DNA of 64,000 bases. It comes from Azolla caroliniana (Eukaryota > Plantae > Polypodiophyta). Below the pieces are notes generated by a model that saw only the letters and a program-made list of their open reading frames with translations, did not search any database and was not told the DNA's origin. Location of the stretch: assembly GCA_043228905.1 (NCBI GenBank), contig JBHGNT010000005.1, positions 23,188,001 through 23,252,000 on the forward strand, given 5' to 3'. The position numbers were made by a program, and so were the translations under genes. Shown here piece by piece: positions 13,338 to 26,582 of this stretch; within the stretch, counting starts at the first letter, position 1; every line of letters starts with the position of its first letter.

Positions 13338-16300
13338 TCAATCCATGCTCATATAACTTTCCATGGGAGAAACCGATCCAGTTTCCATGCTTCTGCTGTC
13401 TAGCCATTCAATTATGTCCTGAAACACTTTCTCGATATTTTCATCTGGTTCACCAGAGGTGAGGCCATGCCACATACCCGGATACAACTTCATCTCCTTG
13501 TCGAAACTTAAGGCTGAGTTATAAAGAGCTTTGCTTATGGATGGGTCTGTCACTATGTCAGCCTCGCCATGGAGCACCAAGAAAGGGAGTGTTACCTGTG
13601 CACCATATTTTTGTTACTTAGATAACAAATGAAAACTTAAAATGTAAATTTTCACATGGGTATAAGAAAAGTATATACATAATTCTGAGAGAATTTGCAT
13701 CTTATAAAACTAACCATTTGATGTATAAAAATTATTTAATATGGATAGGTAGGCTCTAGGTCTCATGAAGTATTAATGATTTCCGGAATTCATCTGTTAC
13801 GAAAACCTCAAAGCATGTAAAGAGTACGAAGGCGACGACTAGGACCCACTGTAAAGTTCACATTCTTGGGTGAATTGTTTTTGTATCATCTCATAAAACC
13901 CTAAAGAAAGTACAATTCCAATTCCATTTAGCTTCTTTGCATTTCACAATGTAGCTAATAATTATAATTCTCTTAACAGTTTTCTTTCTGGTATGTAATC
14001 CTAGTTAAATTTTGTCGATTTCATATCTTTCAGAGTCTCTTTCGAACATCTTGCTTGTAAAAAAGAATCGCTAAAAACGAACCTGAACCTTGCAGTCTTA
14101 GCTAATCTTGCGAGATATCAATAGTGGAAAATGTTAAGAGATAAAGGACAATGGACAAACCTCATCAAGCCTTTGCTCCAAATCCATGCTAACCTTCAGC
14201 ATCTCCAGCGCTGTTTTAAGACGAGGTCGGTCTTGATAGATGTAAGGGTTTTGTCTTATCTGATTAAAAAAAAACCCCTAACAGCTATTATATCAAACCA
14301 CAAATATATAGAACAAGGAAGCATGAAATGTAATGGTGAATGTGTGTGTGTGTGTGCATGCATATATATCTCATTATAATACCTCTTGTCTTTTTCTGGC
14401 ATCTTTAAACGAAAGCTCAATTACATCTTTCGTTGGAACTATCTTCCATGTTGGGAACGCAGAACTCAGCTTTATCAAAATGCCTTCTACGAGTGGATGT
14501 GTCTTCGATTCCTTGGATATCTATACACATCAATATGCAAAACAGAAACACACAAAAAAGAAAGAAAGAAAGAAAGAGTCATACATATAAGGTTCCAAAA
14601 CCCTAAAACATCCTTAAAAATGTTTTCTCAAACAAAATAAGGTAAAAAGGAAACCTATTTTGCATAAAAGGTCACTCAGCCCTAACCCAAAATACTAAGA
14701 CCCTTCTCATACAAACAGGAGAATCATAAGAGAAGAAATATATGCTGTATTATTGTGCACAAAGATCATAGAGCCCTAAATCTCTGATACAAAAAAGGAC
14801 CAACAAAGAACAAACCAATGGATATTGCATACACAAGGTCATCCTAGAGCCTATCTCATTCAAATAGGAATAAAACAACGATGTACACAAAACAATGTTG
14901 AAACATAATACAAGAAAACCGTGTGATATTATGCAGCAAAAGTCCATTGGGCCATAAACTCAAAAAACAAAATAAATATGGGAAAAGAAGGAAGCAATAT
15001 ATGTGATCTTTTAAACCCTAATCCTGATTCATCAAGACAGGGAAAGAAAAGCACAAAACAAACCTTGCACATGGGAGCAACTAGGACTGCACCATTCCAA
15101 CTCATCGGTTCTCTTCGGTGGATGAGTAGTGCTACTGCACCCCCCATGGATTCGCCGTAAAGAAACCTCGGGAGCTTCTTATACTCATCCAACTCTACAC
15201 AAGCACATACAATGCAAAACTAATTACTTCCCATTGCCTAGGGTTTGGGTTAGGTTCAGAGTTTACGAGTTTAGGGTTAGGGTTAGGGTTAGGGGTTAGG
15301 GTTTAAGGCAATTTTAACTTGGAGCAGTAGTTTGGCACAATCTATTCCAAAGTAGATGTGGACAAACAAATCCGCGATACCTTCAGTACCTAGACAGGTT
15401 CTAATGAAAAACTAGAGAGGTTTTATCCCAATCTGGAAGCTCTTAGTGTTCATAATCGCTAGTAATTTACCTCTCACTGTTCTGAAGAAGGAGACACAGT
15501 CAGTGACAAGGTTATGGAAGCTTTGAATATAGCATCTCTGCCCTTCAGACCTTCCGTGACCCTCATAATCTATACCGAAGACTGCATATCCTTCCTCTGC
15601 AAGCCTTGTACCAGTGCCTACACTTTGCAACATAAATTCAGAACAGAATTTCCTTAGAAAAAACGTTTTTTACCATTAATCGATCCATTTCACAACCCAA
15701 TGCTTTGGATGAATTAATCAATTACCTTTCATGAAGATGCTGCACTCCATTCCATAACCTGAGTAATTTTCGTTTGATTATCCAAGATGAAAATGGAAAA
15801 CATAAAGAGTGATTAGTATACATTCGGATTGGACCATAAAACAGCAATAACACAGCAAAAATCGGGGAAAGGATTACATAATAGCATTAGTTGATCTATT
15901 TTCCATGCCAGAAAAGATCACATCGATAGAAATTACCATGGCATAGAAAAACCAAAGCCTTGGTTTTGAGCTTCAATGGTAACCATCGGCACGTTAAGAG
16001 CTTTGATCCCCTTGGGCTCAACACAAATTCCTACACATATAAAGAGATATATCCACTGTCATTAGATTTGAGAGGCATATTGATCGATCAATGGAGTTTT
16101 AAAGCATCAATAATGTAAGTATAGCATAAAAATATTATTTCTGAATAAGCATATTTGGGAAGAAATACGTCCTGGATCGGCAAAGCTGAAAAAAATATAA
16201 ATGGATTGACGCAAAAGTGGATAAGACTGACGATACATCATCAATCTTATGAAAAAATTCCATTTTAAGAAAGCATAAGGTGATCAACTGAGGGATCCAT

Positions 16301-16979
16301 GAAAGCTGATCGAACATAAATAGGATTTTTAACACAAGACAGACAGAGTTGGGATCATATATATATATATCATTACTCTTAGCAAAAACGGTACTTTAGA
16401 AAATAAAATACAATCGACAGTAGGAATCCATGAAAGCTGGATTAAAATACAGAAGATGCAAAAGGTAGATAGCTAAACCAATAATTGATTACTATCTTCA
16501 AAATACTCATTGAAAACAAAATATTCTGAAGCACACTAATCAAATCTGAACCAGATGAATGGATTAATTTCCTCATTTACGCCAGATAGATACGTAAATT
16601 CAGTTCAAGTGCAAGTAAAAGGTCTAAACTTAAAATCAAATGGAGCACATGTAAACTCGCGATCACGTACATGAGTTTTCAATACTGGATCAAACGCAAC
16701 GAGAATTTTAGGTGTAATGAGGTTCAGTATAATAAAAAAAAAGAGACAGGATGCAAGCCAAAGCTTCCATGGAAGCTGGACAGTAATATATGAATATGAT
16801 TCATCGAATGTAACATTGCATCAGACAAGAGGGAGACATTTGATTATACAAATCGACAGGAAAGGGAAATACTGCAATCACCGAGAAAACGCATATGACT
16901 ATATAATCAAGGAGGCGGAATAGGAATAGAAGGATATGTGCACCTCTTCATATTTAACAGTCGACGCTGTCATGTCCAT
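13338..16979 (-). CDS. Alpha/beta hydrolase, monoacylglycerol lipase / caffeoylshikimate esterase-like. Exons 16979-16944, 16030-15937, 15758-15726, 15617-15471, 15194-15064, 14520-14383, 14259-14161, 13595-13338
   Basis: MDMTASTVKYEEEFVLSPRGSKLLTCRW, VFLCHGYGMEC, GIDYEGHGRSEG, nucleophile GESMGG, acid in HGEADIVTD, His in YPGMWHGL; GT-AG sites keep frame. Confidence 0.92.
15238..15304 (+). repeat. Interstitial telomere-like tract, mostly TTAGGG units, in a lipase intron
   Basis: TTTAGGGTTAGGGTTAGGGTTAGGGGTTAGGGTTT at ~15270-15304 plus degenerate units upstream. Confidence 0.85.
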
Positions 16980-17774
16980 GGATTAGGGTTGAAACAGGGC
17001 TACTAATCCCAGAGAGAGAGAGAGAGAGATTTGATTTTCCTTCCTGTGCTGAGAAAACAGAGGAAGATGAAGGAGAAAGAAAGGAAATACATACAATTAA
17101 ATGGAATAAAACAGAGGAAAAAGCTCCGTCACGCCATAGCCTCGCACGTGCGGGCCTTCGCACACACAGTTCACCGCTTAACTAAAATAAAAAATAAAAA
17201 ATAAAAAATAAAAAATAAAACAAAATAAAAAAAGGATTATCGAAAATAGAAGAAAAAACCCAGAACAACAGGAAAATTAATAATAGAAAATTTGTAAAAA
17301 ATTTAAAAAAAATAGAGAAAGAAAAATGATTTGTAACTGAAACTCAAGGACGAATTTCGTTAGTAAATATGTCATTAATCATTAATAAGAATAATAACGG
17401 AAAATCCACATATCAATTTAAAATAAAAATCAGAGAAAAAAATCGAGGAAATATATATAACAGCAACTGATTTTCCCACTAAAATCGATTAAAACGGATT
17501 TGCTAAAATAAACAACAAATAGTTTAGCAAAATAAAAGAAATTGAATTAATTTAGATAAAATCGAATTAAATGAAGAGCCTCCTCTGAATTATCCATAAA
17601 ACTAATGACCTTCTCTTTCTGTTTCTGCTTTTTTCTTTTGTTTCCCAATTAATTGGAAATTCCTCTCCTCCTTTCTTCTGATTCTCCTTTGCTTATTTCC
17701 TTCTTGTCATTTATTTCCTTAAGGGCAATTTCTCTCTCCTTCTCAACATATGCACTGATCTGGATCGATATCCA

Positions 17775-18170
17775 TCTATTCCATTGCAATCGAATGGATC
17801 AATTCAATTAATACCGTTTACTTAGGCCGTCGTCCATTTGATTTAAATTTGTCAACGTATGATCGATTTTCTCGGGGTGTCTACTTTGATACCATTGCGA
17901 TCGATTGGATTTAAATTCGTCAACGTATTGATCCATTGCAATCGAATGGATCAATTCAATCGATATTGTTTACTTAGGTTATCATTGATTGGATTTAAAT
18001 TCATTAATGTATAATCGATTCTCTCGGGGTGTCTACTTTGATCGATCGACAGATTGACCCATCTCGTTCACTTTAGTCGTTATGATCGATGAATCTCTCG
18101 ATGTGTCTGCTTTGATCCATTGAGAGTTTGACCCATCTCACTAGCTTAAGTTGTTATCGATCGAGTTTTG
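17775..18170. repeat. ATCGAT-rich repeat block with a 152-bp duplication and internal palindromes, probably a transposon remnant
   Basis: CCATTGCAATCGAATGGATCAATTCAAT at 17781 and 17933; TCTCGGGGTGTCTACTTTGAT at 17870 and 18022; hairpin TTGATCCATT-N7-AATGGATCAA. Confidence 0.7.
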
Positions 18171-20937
18171 TTTGCTTTTGCATACGTTGTCTTATTAATA
18201 GATTCTACCGAATGCTAGAGTTGAACCAATTGGCAAAAACCATGGGTTACTTTGTGATGTTATCGACATGAATTTCTTTGGTTTTCCTCGGACTTACTTT
18301 GCGCTCACATCAGATAGTGGCACAAAACTTCACACCAAAACCCTGGCACCACTACAATGTTGTGTTTGTACTAATGCTTTCATTACATGATATGTCCTCA
18401 TTTGTATGTATGTACCCCTTTTCATGGACACTAAGTGTTTTTAGCAGATTTTTGTCAAGAGTCGTCGTCCACAATTAATCTCATCGGCAAATGCCAGTCT
18501 CCTTCTCGCTTTTATGTACTTTTTTGTCGATTGAGGTTGCTTTCCTCACCTGAAATAGTAGGGAACTATAGAGAGGCAATATCACATGTTTATAGCTACA
18601 CACACAAAAGTAAACAACAAAAACAGAAGTACTGAGAGGAATCCAAAAAACTTTCCATTGACTCCTGATGAAAGACAATTATGCCATTTTTCTCTCCTTA
18701 TCCTTTGAAAAGTGGGGCCGTGTCACTCCTCAAGTTTTGTCCAAGTTGGCAATCTAAGATTGTTCCGAGATGATCTCTAGTTTGAACCATTCTTGCAAGA
18801 CGAAAAACATAATGAAGTTTTTCCACACTTCCTCAATGCAGATTCCGTCTCTTCCACCCTCTTAATCTCTTTACGTTCATTCATAGTTTGCAAACAATAG
18901 GCGTTGCATGCACACAATCATAGTGTTGTGTAGTTTGCACATAGTGCTAGGAGGTGTCACACATTCAGCGTGTACTATGCAGTTCGTAAGGTGTTGTCTG
19001 TCATCAAAGCTTTTATCAAGTTTGGAAAAGATGTTGCATACAAACTATGTAGTACCATGGCATAATCTCACTAGAATCTCCACCTTTTTTGGTTGGCTAT
19101 TGTTGTTTAGTACTTCATCCATGATCAACATTTATCTTTACTCATGGCCTCTCTCCACATAAGTAGTGTCCAACCAAAACCAAGATTGATGCTCTTTCAT
19201 CTAAACTTATATATTGTGTTTGAGTTACTAAAAGCCACAAGTTGACAAAGGGCATATATATGTGTATATTAAGCGGAAATATGGATTTGGATTATTTCTC
19301 ATATTATGATGCCCTTTTGGAATGTGAGACTTTTCTTTGGATATGCACATTTATTTGAGCATGTAAATCAATGCAACTTGTTTGGGTGATTGTAAGTGCT
19401 TTTGGTTTTCTAATATTTTCATAAAACCTTTGAAAGTTGGTACAAATTTTGAGACACCTTGCAAAACATCCTTTCTACTATACATGAAGTCATACTTCTC
19501 ACTAGTCTAGCATACTTCATGAAGAATGTTTTACTAAGTTGGCCAATATCTTCCCTAGTATATCATATGAAAAATATATTTCTTAGCAAACTCACGTAAT
19601 AAGACATTTGACTCTAATTGACTTGTAAAAGGGATTTGATTGGCATAATTAATGGTGTGTGACAGTTTGAGGCAATAAAGGTTTAATATATGTCTTTCGA
19701 ATGAAACTTTCAATGGAAAAGCCTCCTTACTATTGTTGTTGAAATCTTAGTTTAGTACCGATGTTATGCAAGATGAATTATCATCGCATAGACACATGTC
19801 ATGCGAGAGCTCCACCTTGCACTAACATACGTCTTTGATTAATTTATAAATGTTTTGAAAATCCAATTGCTTGCTTCATATAGACTAAGTCTAAAATACA
19901 AACACCATCAACAATGCATCAATGTGAATTCAATCCAAGGCTCTAAATTCACATTAGTAAATCCTTTTCTACTTAGCAATAATGCTTTATATTCCAAGAG
20001 AAAAACCTCGAGATGAGGGGAAAACCCACAAAAAAACACTAATAGACAAAACTATGCTCAAAGTAATGAAAGAAAATTTGAGAATTATCAAGGGAAATAT
20101 CATGGAGCAAGAGGCAATCATGCAATAGTATCTTGAGAGAATTCTTGAGGAACAAGAATTCATTTAGAGTAGGTTTGATTGATCCCCATGTGCTTTTGTG
20201 ATGTGCAAATAGTCCATAATTCGTGAAATCTTGCTAGATTGAATATTTGGATATGATTTGACCAAATATCTACAAGATTTTTTCGAAAATGAATAGAGAT
20301 GTGTTGTCTTACTCTTTCTAAGAATTACATACATTGTGGCAATTCCACATAAAGAAATTAACTAATTTGGAACTATATGTAGAAGTTATGCCTCTTATTG
20401 TGGTAATGCGTCTTCACGAGAGACTCTCAAACGGTTTAGACCCAAGGAAGTAGTGGCATAAGAATATCTTTCTTTTAATGACAAAGTGGCGTGCCCAATT
20501 GACCTTGTAGGGAAATCTATGTGGCCTACATGGCCCTACACGGTCTGCATAACAATGGATCATGTGTGCCAAGTGCAACTTGATGACCAAAACTAACATG
20601 ATTGTTACGGGCATGACCATATAATATCCTGTAGTGAGAATTTACCGTAGTATTCTATACACATGGATAAGTGTGAGGGTTAAACGAGAGTGTAAAGAAG
20701 GGGATGATTACTTTTAATCCTCGGGATTGAGACAATCCATTAGGCCAAGTGTGAACTTGCCTGGGGGCCTTGGGTATCGCTATAAATAAGAGGCCTAGCT
20801 ACCCTCATTTCATCATCTTTTGGATTACGTTGAGACTCTATTCTTGTGGTGGGTCAACTCTTGTAGCGAGCGCGCCAGCACTAGTACATATCATTTATCC
20901 TTATCCTTTGCTTACATTAGTACATATATCTAATAGT

Positions 20938-20949
20938 TGGTATCTGAGC
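20938..20949 (+). promoter_or_regulatory. Primer-binding site, tRNA-iMet type (one mismatch)
   Basis: TGGTATCTGAGC versus consensus TGGTATCAGAGC, upstream of gag. Confidence 0.75.
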
Positions 20950-21184
20950 TCATGTGCTAATGTTTCTTTTGTTGTCTTTGGTGTTCTTGATTGATGGTGA
21001 TCGATCGATGTGCGGTTGGCCTTGATCCAGACAACGATCAACAAAGAACTTCGGTAACTCTTTCCTTATTTTTTTTCTATTTTTTTTTTCTCCCATCTAA
21101 TCATGTATATAGTCTATATATAATTTTTTTCATAAATTCAATGATGTTGTAGTGGTAATTAATTGGTTGTATAAAACGTTTACA

Positions 21185-21422
21185 TATGTGTATGAGGTCA
21201 ATACCTCATTTGACATATATTGAATATGTGATTAATGTCGTATGCGCATGAGGTTAATACCTCAATTGCGTATTACGCTCACATACATATGTTATATATG
21301 CGTATGAGATCAATGCCTCGATTTCGTTGTAAATGATATGCGTTTGGTCTCGTATGCGTAAGAGGTCAATACCTCAATTGCATATCACGATGAGGGTGCG
21401 TAGAGGGTATATGCCTCGATTA
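21185..21422. repeat. Palindromic 28-bp motif repeated at an exact 56-bp period in the Gypsy leader
   Basis: TATGCGTATGAGGTCAATACCTCAATTG variants at 21185, 21241, 21297, 21353, partial copy ~21396. Confidence 0.85.
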
Positions 21423-24400
21423 CGTATCTCGATTACATCATTTTTGGCTATTTGATGTAACGATTTGTTTTATGTACGTATATGTGGTCACGTGTATATG
21501 TATTTGATCGTATATATGTGATAAGTAAACATACGTGTATATTTGATATTACGTGATTTCTATCGAATGTTGTCCTTGTCGGGAAAAGGATCTTGGTGGC
21601 CGTCCTCACATTTTTGTGAGAATGGCGTTTTTACCATCCATTTTTCAACAATTTTTTGTTGACATTCCCGTTGGTTACTTCGATATTTCGTTATGTAAGG
21701 AAACAATCATAGCCACAATGGTGTTGAGTACGTAAGGCTTAACCCACTTCATGTGAGGTTGCTTCTATGACACACATATCCAACATCCCTCCCTCATTAC
21801 ATGGATACGATGCCACCATGAGATCATTCTTACGAAAGGCATTCGTAATGACGTAACCATGTGATGGGCCATGTGGGTCTACTACGAAAAGAGGGCTCAT
21901 TTGGCTTGACCATTAGGTTGCACTTTGGCGTATGCCATCATAATTACGAGACTTGAGGTTAGGTAACGTACCAACAAAGTTTGTGGTAAACGAGGGGGAA
22001 ATAAGGACTCTTGACATATATGTTTCTTTTAAAAAAACATATATGGGCAAATGCCTTGCATATCTCTTATACGCATGAAACATTAAACGTTCAGAAAGAG
22101 CAACCTAATTGGTTAGCTCAAGTGTTTAATGCATTTGTTCTCAAGGTCTCGAGTTTAAGGTTTTCTCGAGGTCTCGAGTTCAAATATAACCAAGACCATA
22201 CAACATTGTTGATACATATGACTATAATACATGTTTAGACTTGAGGTCTAAGTGCACTTTGGGGTCCTCGTAATAAGACTTAATGAGCCGAAACCACATA
22301 TGTGGCCACCGAAACATAGTTTATTGTTAACATTTTTTTCGTGTATAAACTATTCATGATGCGAACATACATGGTTGAGCCTTGGGGAGCCACCATGAAA
22401 AAAATTTGATATAGAGATCAGGGAAAAACATTTAATTGTCACCCCTATGGTTTTTAAACACCGTTGTGTTACCATAGCAACCTGATCTTGAACCTCATCC
22501 CATACGTCTAGAGGGGTATTGACGTGAGATCATGGTATCGATTAATGTTTGCCCATGATATGTTTACATCACGACATGATGTTATGACTATTTGTTTGAC
22601 CTTATCCTATTTCTTTGCCAGAAATAATTATTCAATGGCTCAAAATAACGACCTGATGTCATCCGCTCAAGCGGAAGGAACTCAAGGAAATCCTCCTGGA
22701 CAAATGTCCATTGAGATGTATTTTTCACAAATAACCCAATCTTAGTTTCACCGCTCAACAGATGACCGAACTTCGGCAATCTCAAAGTGATCTTGAGGCA
22801 CATATCATTAGTTTACAATGTGAGACTAATAGACCTGATGAGCGATAGGGTGAACCATCGTTTTTCGTTAAGCCATTTACGGGAGAAAAAAAGGAAAGAA
22901 CCGAAGAAGCAATCTGCACATGACTGGGCCGATGGGAGTCTCATTTTGAGCTCTATCCCACGCTAGATAGTACGAAGATTGCATATGTCGGCCGAGAATT
23001 AGGGGGTAAGGCCGCCGCTTGGTGGCATGGGCTCTGAACTTTGGGGAAATTGCCCGATACCTGGACAGATTTTGTCACAGTTTTTAAGGGCCAATTGAAT
23101 CTGCAACCTCCCTCTCAAACCGACATAGCTCAAGCTTTAATGAACCTCTCTAGTAGGAAATTTTCTTCACCAGAAGACTATGTCCACCATACTAGAACCC
23201 AAATCCAAAAATCGGGTCTAGAAGGGGACAATTGGTTAATAGCTTGTTTTGTCAATGACATCCCCAATTCGGACTATCACTGGATAGTGCACGATAAGGA
23301 TCCAAAATCCTTCGAAGAGGCCGTTGAAATAGTTCTTCGCTCTCAACGCACTTCGAAGAAGGACCACAACAAACCCAACGAAGTGCCCGGGACTAAGCAG
23401 TTGCAATTCACTGGGAAACGCAAGACACCCAACAAATTCATGGATTGCGATTGTAAACGATAACATCCTTTTTCCGTATCCTACAAAAAGAAGGGTCATA
23501 CAAAAGAGCAATGTCGAAAGCTCCAACGGAAAGAGCACGACAACAAAGCTAAAGCTGCAGACCATAAAGGTCAGATTCCTAATGTCCTTCAGGTCTATAC
23601 ACATCATTTAAGTAATTGTCAATGTTCTTTCCCTCACTATGTATTGGGTCCCAATGATTTACTACGTGCAAACGGGTATATCAATGGATCTCTCGTACAA
23701 TTTTTGTTTGATTCGGGAAACTCACACAACTTTGTGAATGATTGTTTGGTTCAGATATCGGGAATCCAACCCACTGTAAGTGATCACACCTATACGATGC
23801 ACTTGGCTGATGGAAGAGTACAATACATTAACGGAGCGATTCATTCATTAGGAATTTCTATTGATACTTATATAGAGGAAGTAGACTTCCATGTAATGAA
23901 TCTTTGTACCACCAATGTAATACTGGGTTATCCCTCGTTCTATAATAAAAACTCTTCTTTATCTATTGATTGAGTTCATCATTCAATAACATTTGTACTT
24001 AACGATTGTACTCATTTTATTCAATGTGTAAAAAAACAATCCCTCTCGATTGTTTCCTCTCCATCAATATCCGAGTTGTCTTGTTCTACTCTACTTTAGT
24101 GTGTACTTGATCTGGACATTCATGTTTACAATATCGATAATGTCTCAGTTCAATTAACATATTTTGAACACCAACAACTTGATGAAATCTTAAATGATTT
24201 TCGTGATGTTTTTCCGAGTGAACTACTAGATGGGTTACCTCCTAAATGTAATATAGACCATCGTATAGATATTGTACTTGGCATTGCACCAATAAGTATA
24301 CCTCCTTATCGCTTATGTCGATCCGAAGAGGATGAGGTATCTAAGCAATTCAAGGACTATTTACGAATGGGTTATATACGTTATAATAAATCTCCATGGG

Positions 24401-24602
24401 GTGCACCCGTTCTCTTGGTTAAAAAGAAAGAAGGCACATGGCGTATGTGTATTAATTACCAATGCTTGAATAAAGTGACGATCAAGAATTTGTATCCATT
24501 GCCCTGGGCTGACGATCTAATTGACCGTCTCTAGGGAGCTCGGTATTTTACGAAACTTGATCTCCGTACTGGCTACCATCAAATTCGTATAAGTGAGGAA
24601 GA

Positions 24603-25820
24603 TGTTATACGTTGGAGATCACCATTGGGCTCATTGTTATACGATTATAGTCAATAGTCAAAAGATAAAGTCGCCCCCAAATATTTTCGTGCACATTAGG
24701 TTTAGGGCATTTCTTACAAACTAATGCCAAGTATTTGTAAAAGTGATTAAGAGAAAGAGCCTATATGATGTCGCTTAATTTGTAAGATCATGCATTCAAC
24801 CCTTACATTCCATAATGGCATTTAGTAAATAAGAAAATTATGTATTGTTAAGAGTGTATTACTAAAGAATAGACCAAATTAAAGTAAAATAAAGGTGAAT
24901 AGATTGGATAGAAGAACCCATTTCCTCTTGACCACCCCCAACTTATGGTGAAGACGTAGCAAGCCTACCACCGACGTCTCATACCGACGAATATTAGGAT
25001 GACTAGTACCTTTGGAATAGGTAACATGATCGTCACAAAGAAAGCCTAGCCCATACCATTGGTGTCTCGAGACTTCAACCTTCCAATGTAATGTGTCTTA
25101 TGAGGGTAGCTAAACCTCATATTTATACTTCTTCATAGGCCCCTTGAATAGTTGTGCCTTTCTAAAAGACTCTCCATTCATTATTTATCAAGGTCATGAT
25201 AGTGCATTCACCTATCATTCTATCTATCCAATCACATTAGTCCCTTTCTAACATTAGTGAACATACCCTTCATTTGTGTACTGTAATATTAGACTGCCCT
25301 CACCTATGTTATGTATGCATAACATGTAATAGAGAGGCGTGAAAGTTGAGCCTTCAATATTAATAGTCCATTAACTTACCACTAGGGCAAGAAAATTCTT
25401 ATAATATATATAACAGAGAGACAATAGTTCAATTGATAAGGTTAATGAGTCGAGCCTTGAACCCAAGGCCATATGTCAATAGTGTAACAACTTACCATTA
25501 GGGTAAGCAAATAAAGCTAAAAACAATGCCCATATGATTATAACTAAATTGGTAAGATTCTTTTAAGTTGAGCCATCGACCCATGCCCATATGTCAATAG
25601 TGTAATGGGACCTAACCGTATGAGAAAAAGCCAGAGACAAAGAGAGCCCATATGGTTATATCTCAATTTGTAAGGTTGTTCTAAGTTAAGCCTTGAACCC
25701 AAGGCCATACATCAATAGTGTAACAACTTGTAATTAGGGTAAGCTACTTAAGATAAGGCAAAGAACCTGTGGGTTTAGGGTTTAGGGTTGGAGGTTCGAG
25801 TCTCCCCGCACCAACATACA
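24603..25820 (-). mobile_element. Probable LTR remnant that interrupts the upstream RT; right end uncertain (25415 or ~25820)
   Basis: RT homology stops at TGTTATA (24603); inverted TATAACA at 25409-25415; minus-strand TATAAAT near 25121-25127; no clean TSD. Confidence 0.45.
25420..25745. repeat. ~119-bp tandem repeat x3 with tRNA-like A/B-box motifs
   Basis: AGCCTTGAACCCAAGGCCATA..TCAATAGTGTAACAACTT at ~25453, ~25571 (diverged) and ~25689. Confidence 0.8.
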
Positions 25821-26278
25821 TGTGGTACCTAAAAAGGGCGGTTTGTGCCCGTAAGTGACAACGACAAAGATGGTGACGGTGACAACAATGACGGTTTCGA
25901 CGATGAAGAAGGTAAAATGTAGCCTGTCTACAAGTTGCATGATGGAACGTGGTGCGAGTCTCATCATATCCTAGAGGTCATCCTGTCCATGTATCTCACT
26001 CGTACCATTCGGTACACCCCCTGATGGACTATGTACTGCTAATAAAACATGACTTCGTGTGAGTTGTAGCCTTCGGGCGAGCCAAAGATAAAAAATACTA
26101 AAGTAGTATAAAAAAAAAGAAAAAAAGAAAAAGAAAAAGAAAAGGCAAACAACATTCCTCAATTCATTAGTTGTTAAACTTTCAATATAAGTATTATTTC
26201 ATACTTTGAGATGGTAGGAGGTGGTTAATGCAATAAAAGAATAACCCTAGTTGTATGGAATTTCTTAATGCTATTTGC

Positions 26279-26582
26279 ATCCTCATTGCCAATGTTTCGT
26301 ATCAACATTAATGAAACATTCTTTATTGATGTTCTTTCAAACACAATATATGCTTCTAGGCCCTATTGGTCATTATGGTGATCACTCATCACCATATAAC
26401 TCAACAAATTCCAGCATAACACTTGAATGAATCCTCATTGCCAATGTTTCGTATCAACATTAATGAAACATTCTTTATTGATGTTCTTTCAAACACAATA
26501 TATGCTTCTATGCCCTATTGGTGATTATGGTGATCATTGATCACCATATAACTCAACAAATTCCAACATAACACTTGAATGA
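26279..26582. repeat. Near-identical 152-bp tandem duplication
   Basis: CCTCATTGCCAATGTTTCGTATCAACATT... at 26281 and 26433. Confidence 0.92.

Larger units (their letters stand above)
20630..24602 (+). mobile_element. Degenerate Ty3/Gypsy (chromovirus-like) element, 5' part: putative LTR ~20630-20935, PBS, ~1.7 kb leader, gag, protease, RT truncated at 24602
   Basis: TATAAATA near 20781; gag fragments 22633-23560; protease FLFDSGNSHNFV; [43 protein letters not shown]; several stops and frameshifts; LTR start is tentative. Confidence 0.85.

Noticed and set aside
21185-21422. CRISPR array (28-bp palindromic repeat with 28-bp spacers)
   Set aside because: Eukaryotic retrotransposon context, no cas genes, degenerate repeats, and alternate spacers are homologous, which indicates tandem duplication
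24603-25415. Clean solo LTR with TSD
   Set aside because: Flanks GAAGA and GAGAG do not match and RT does not resume afterwards; kept only as a low-confidence LTR remnant
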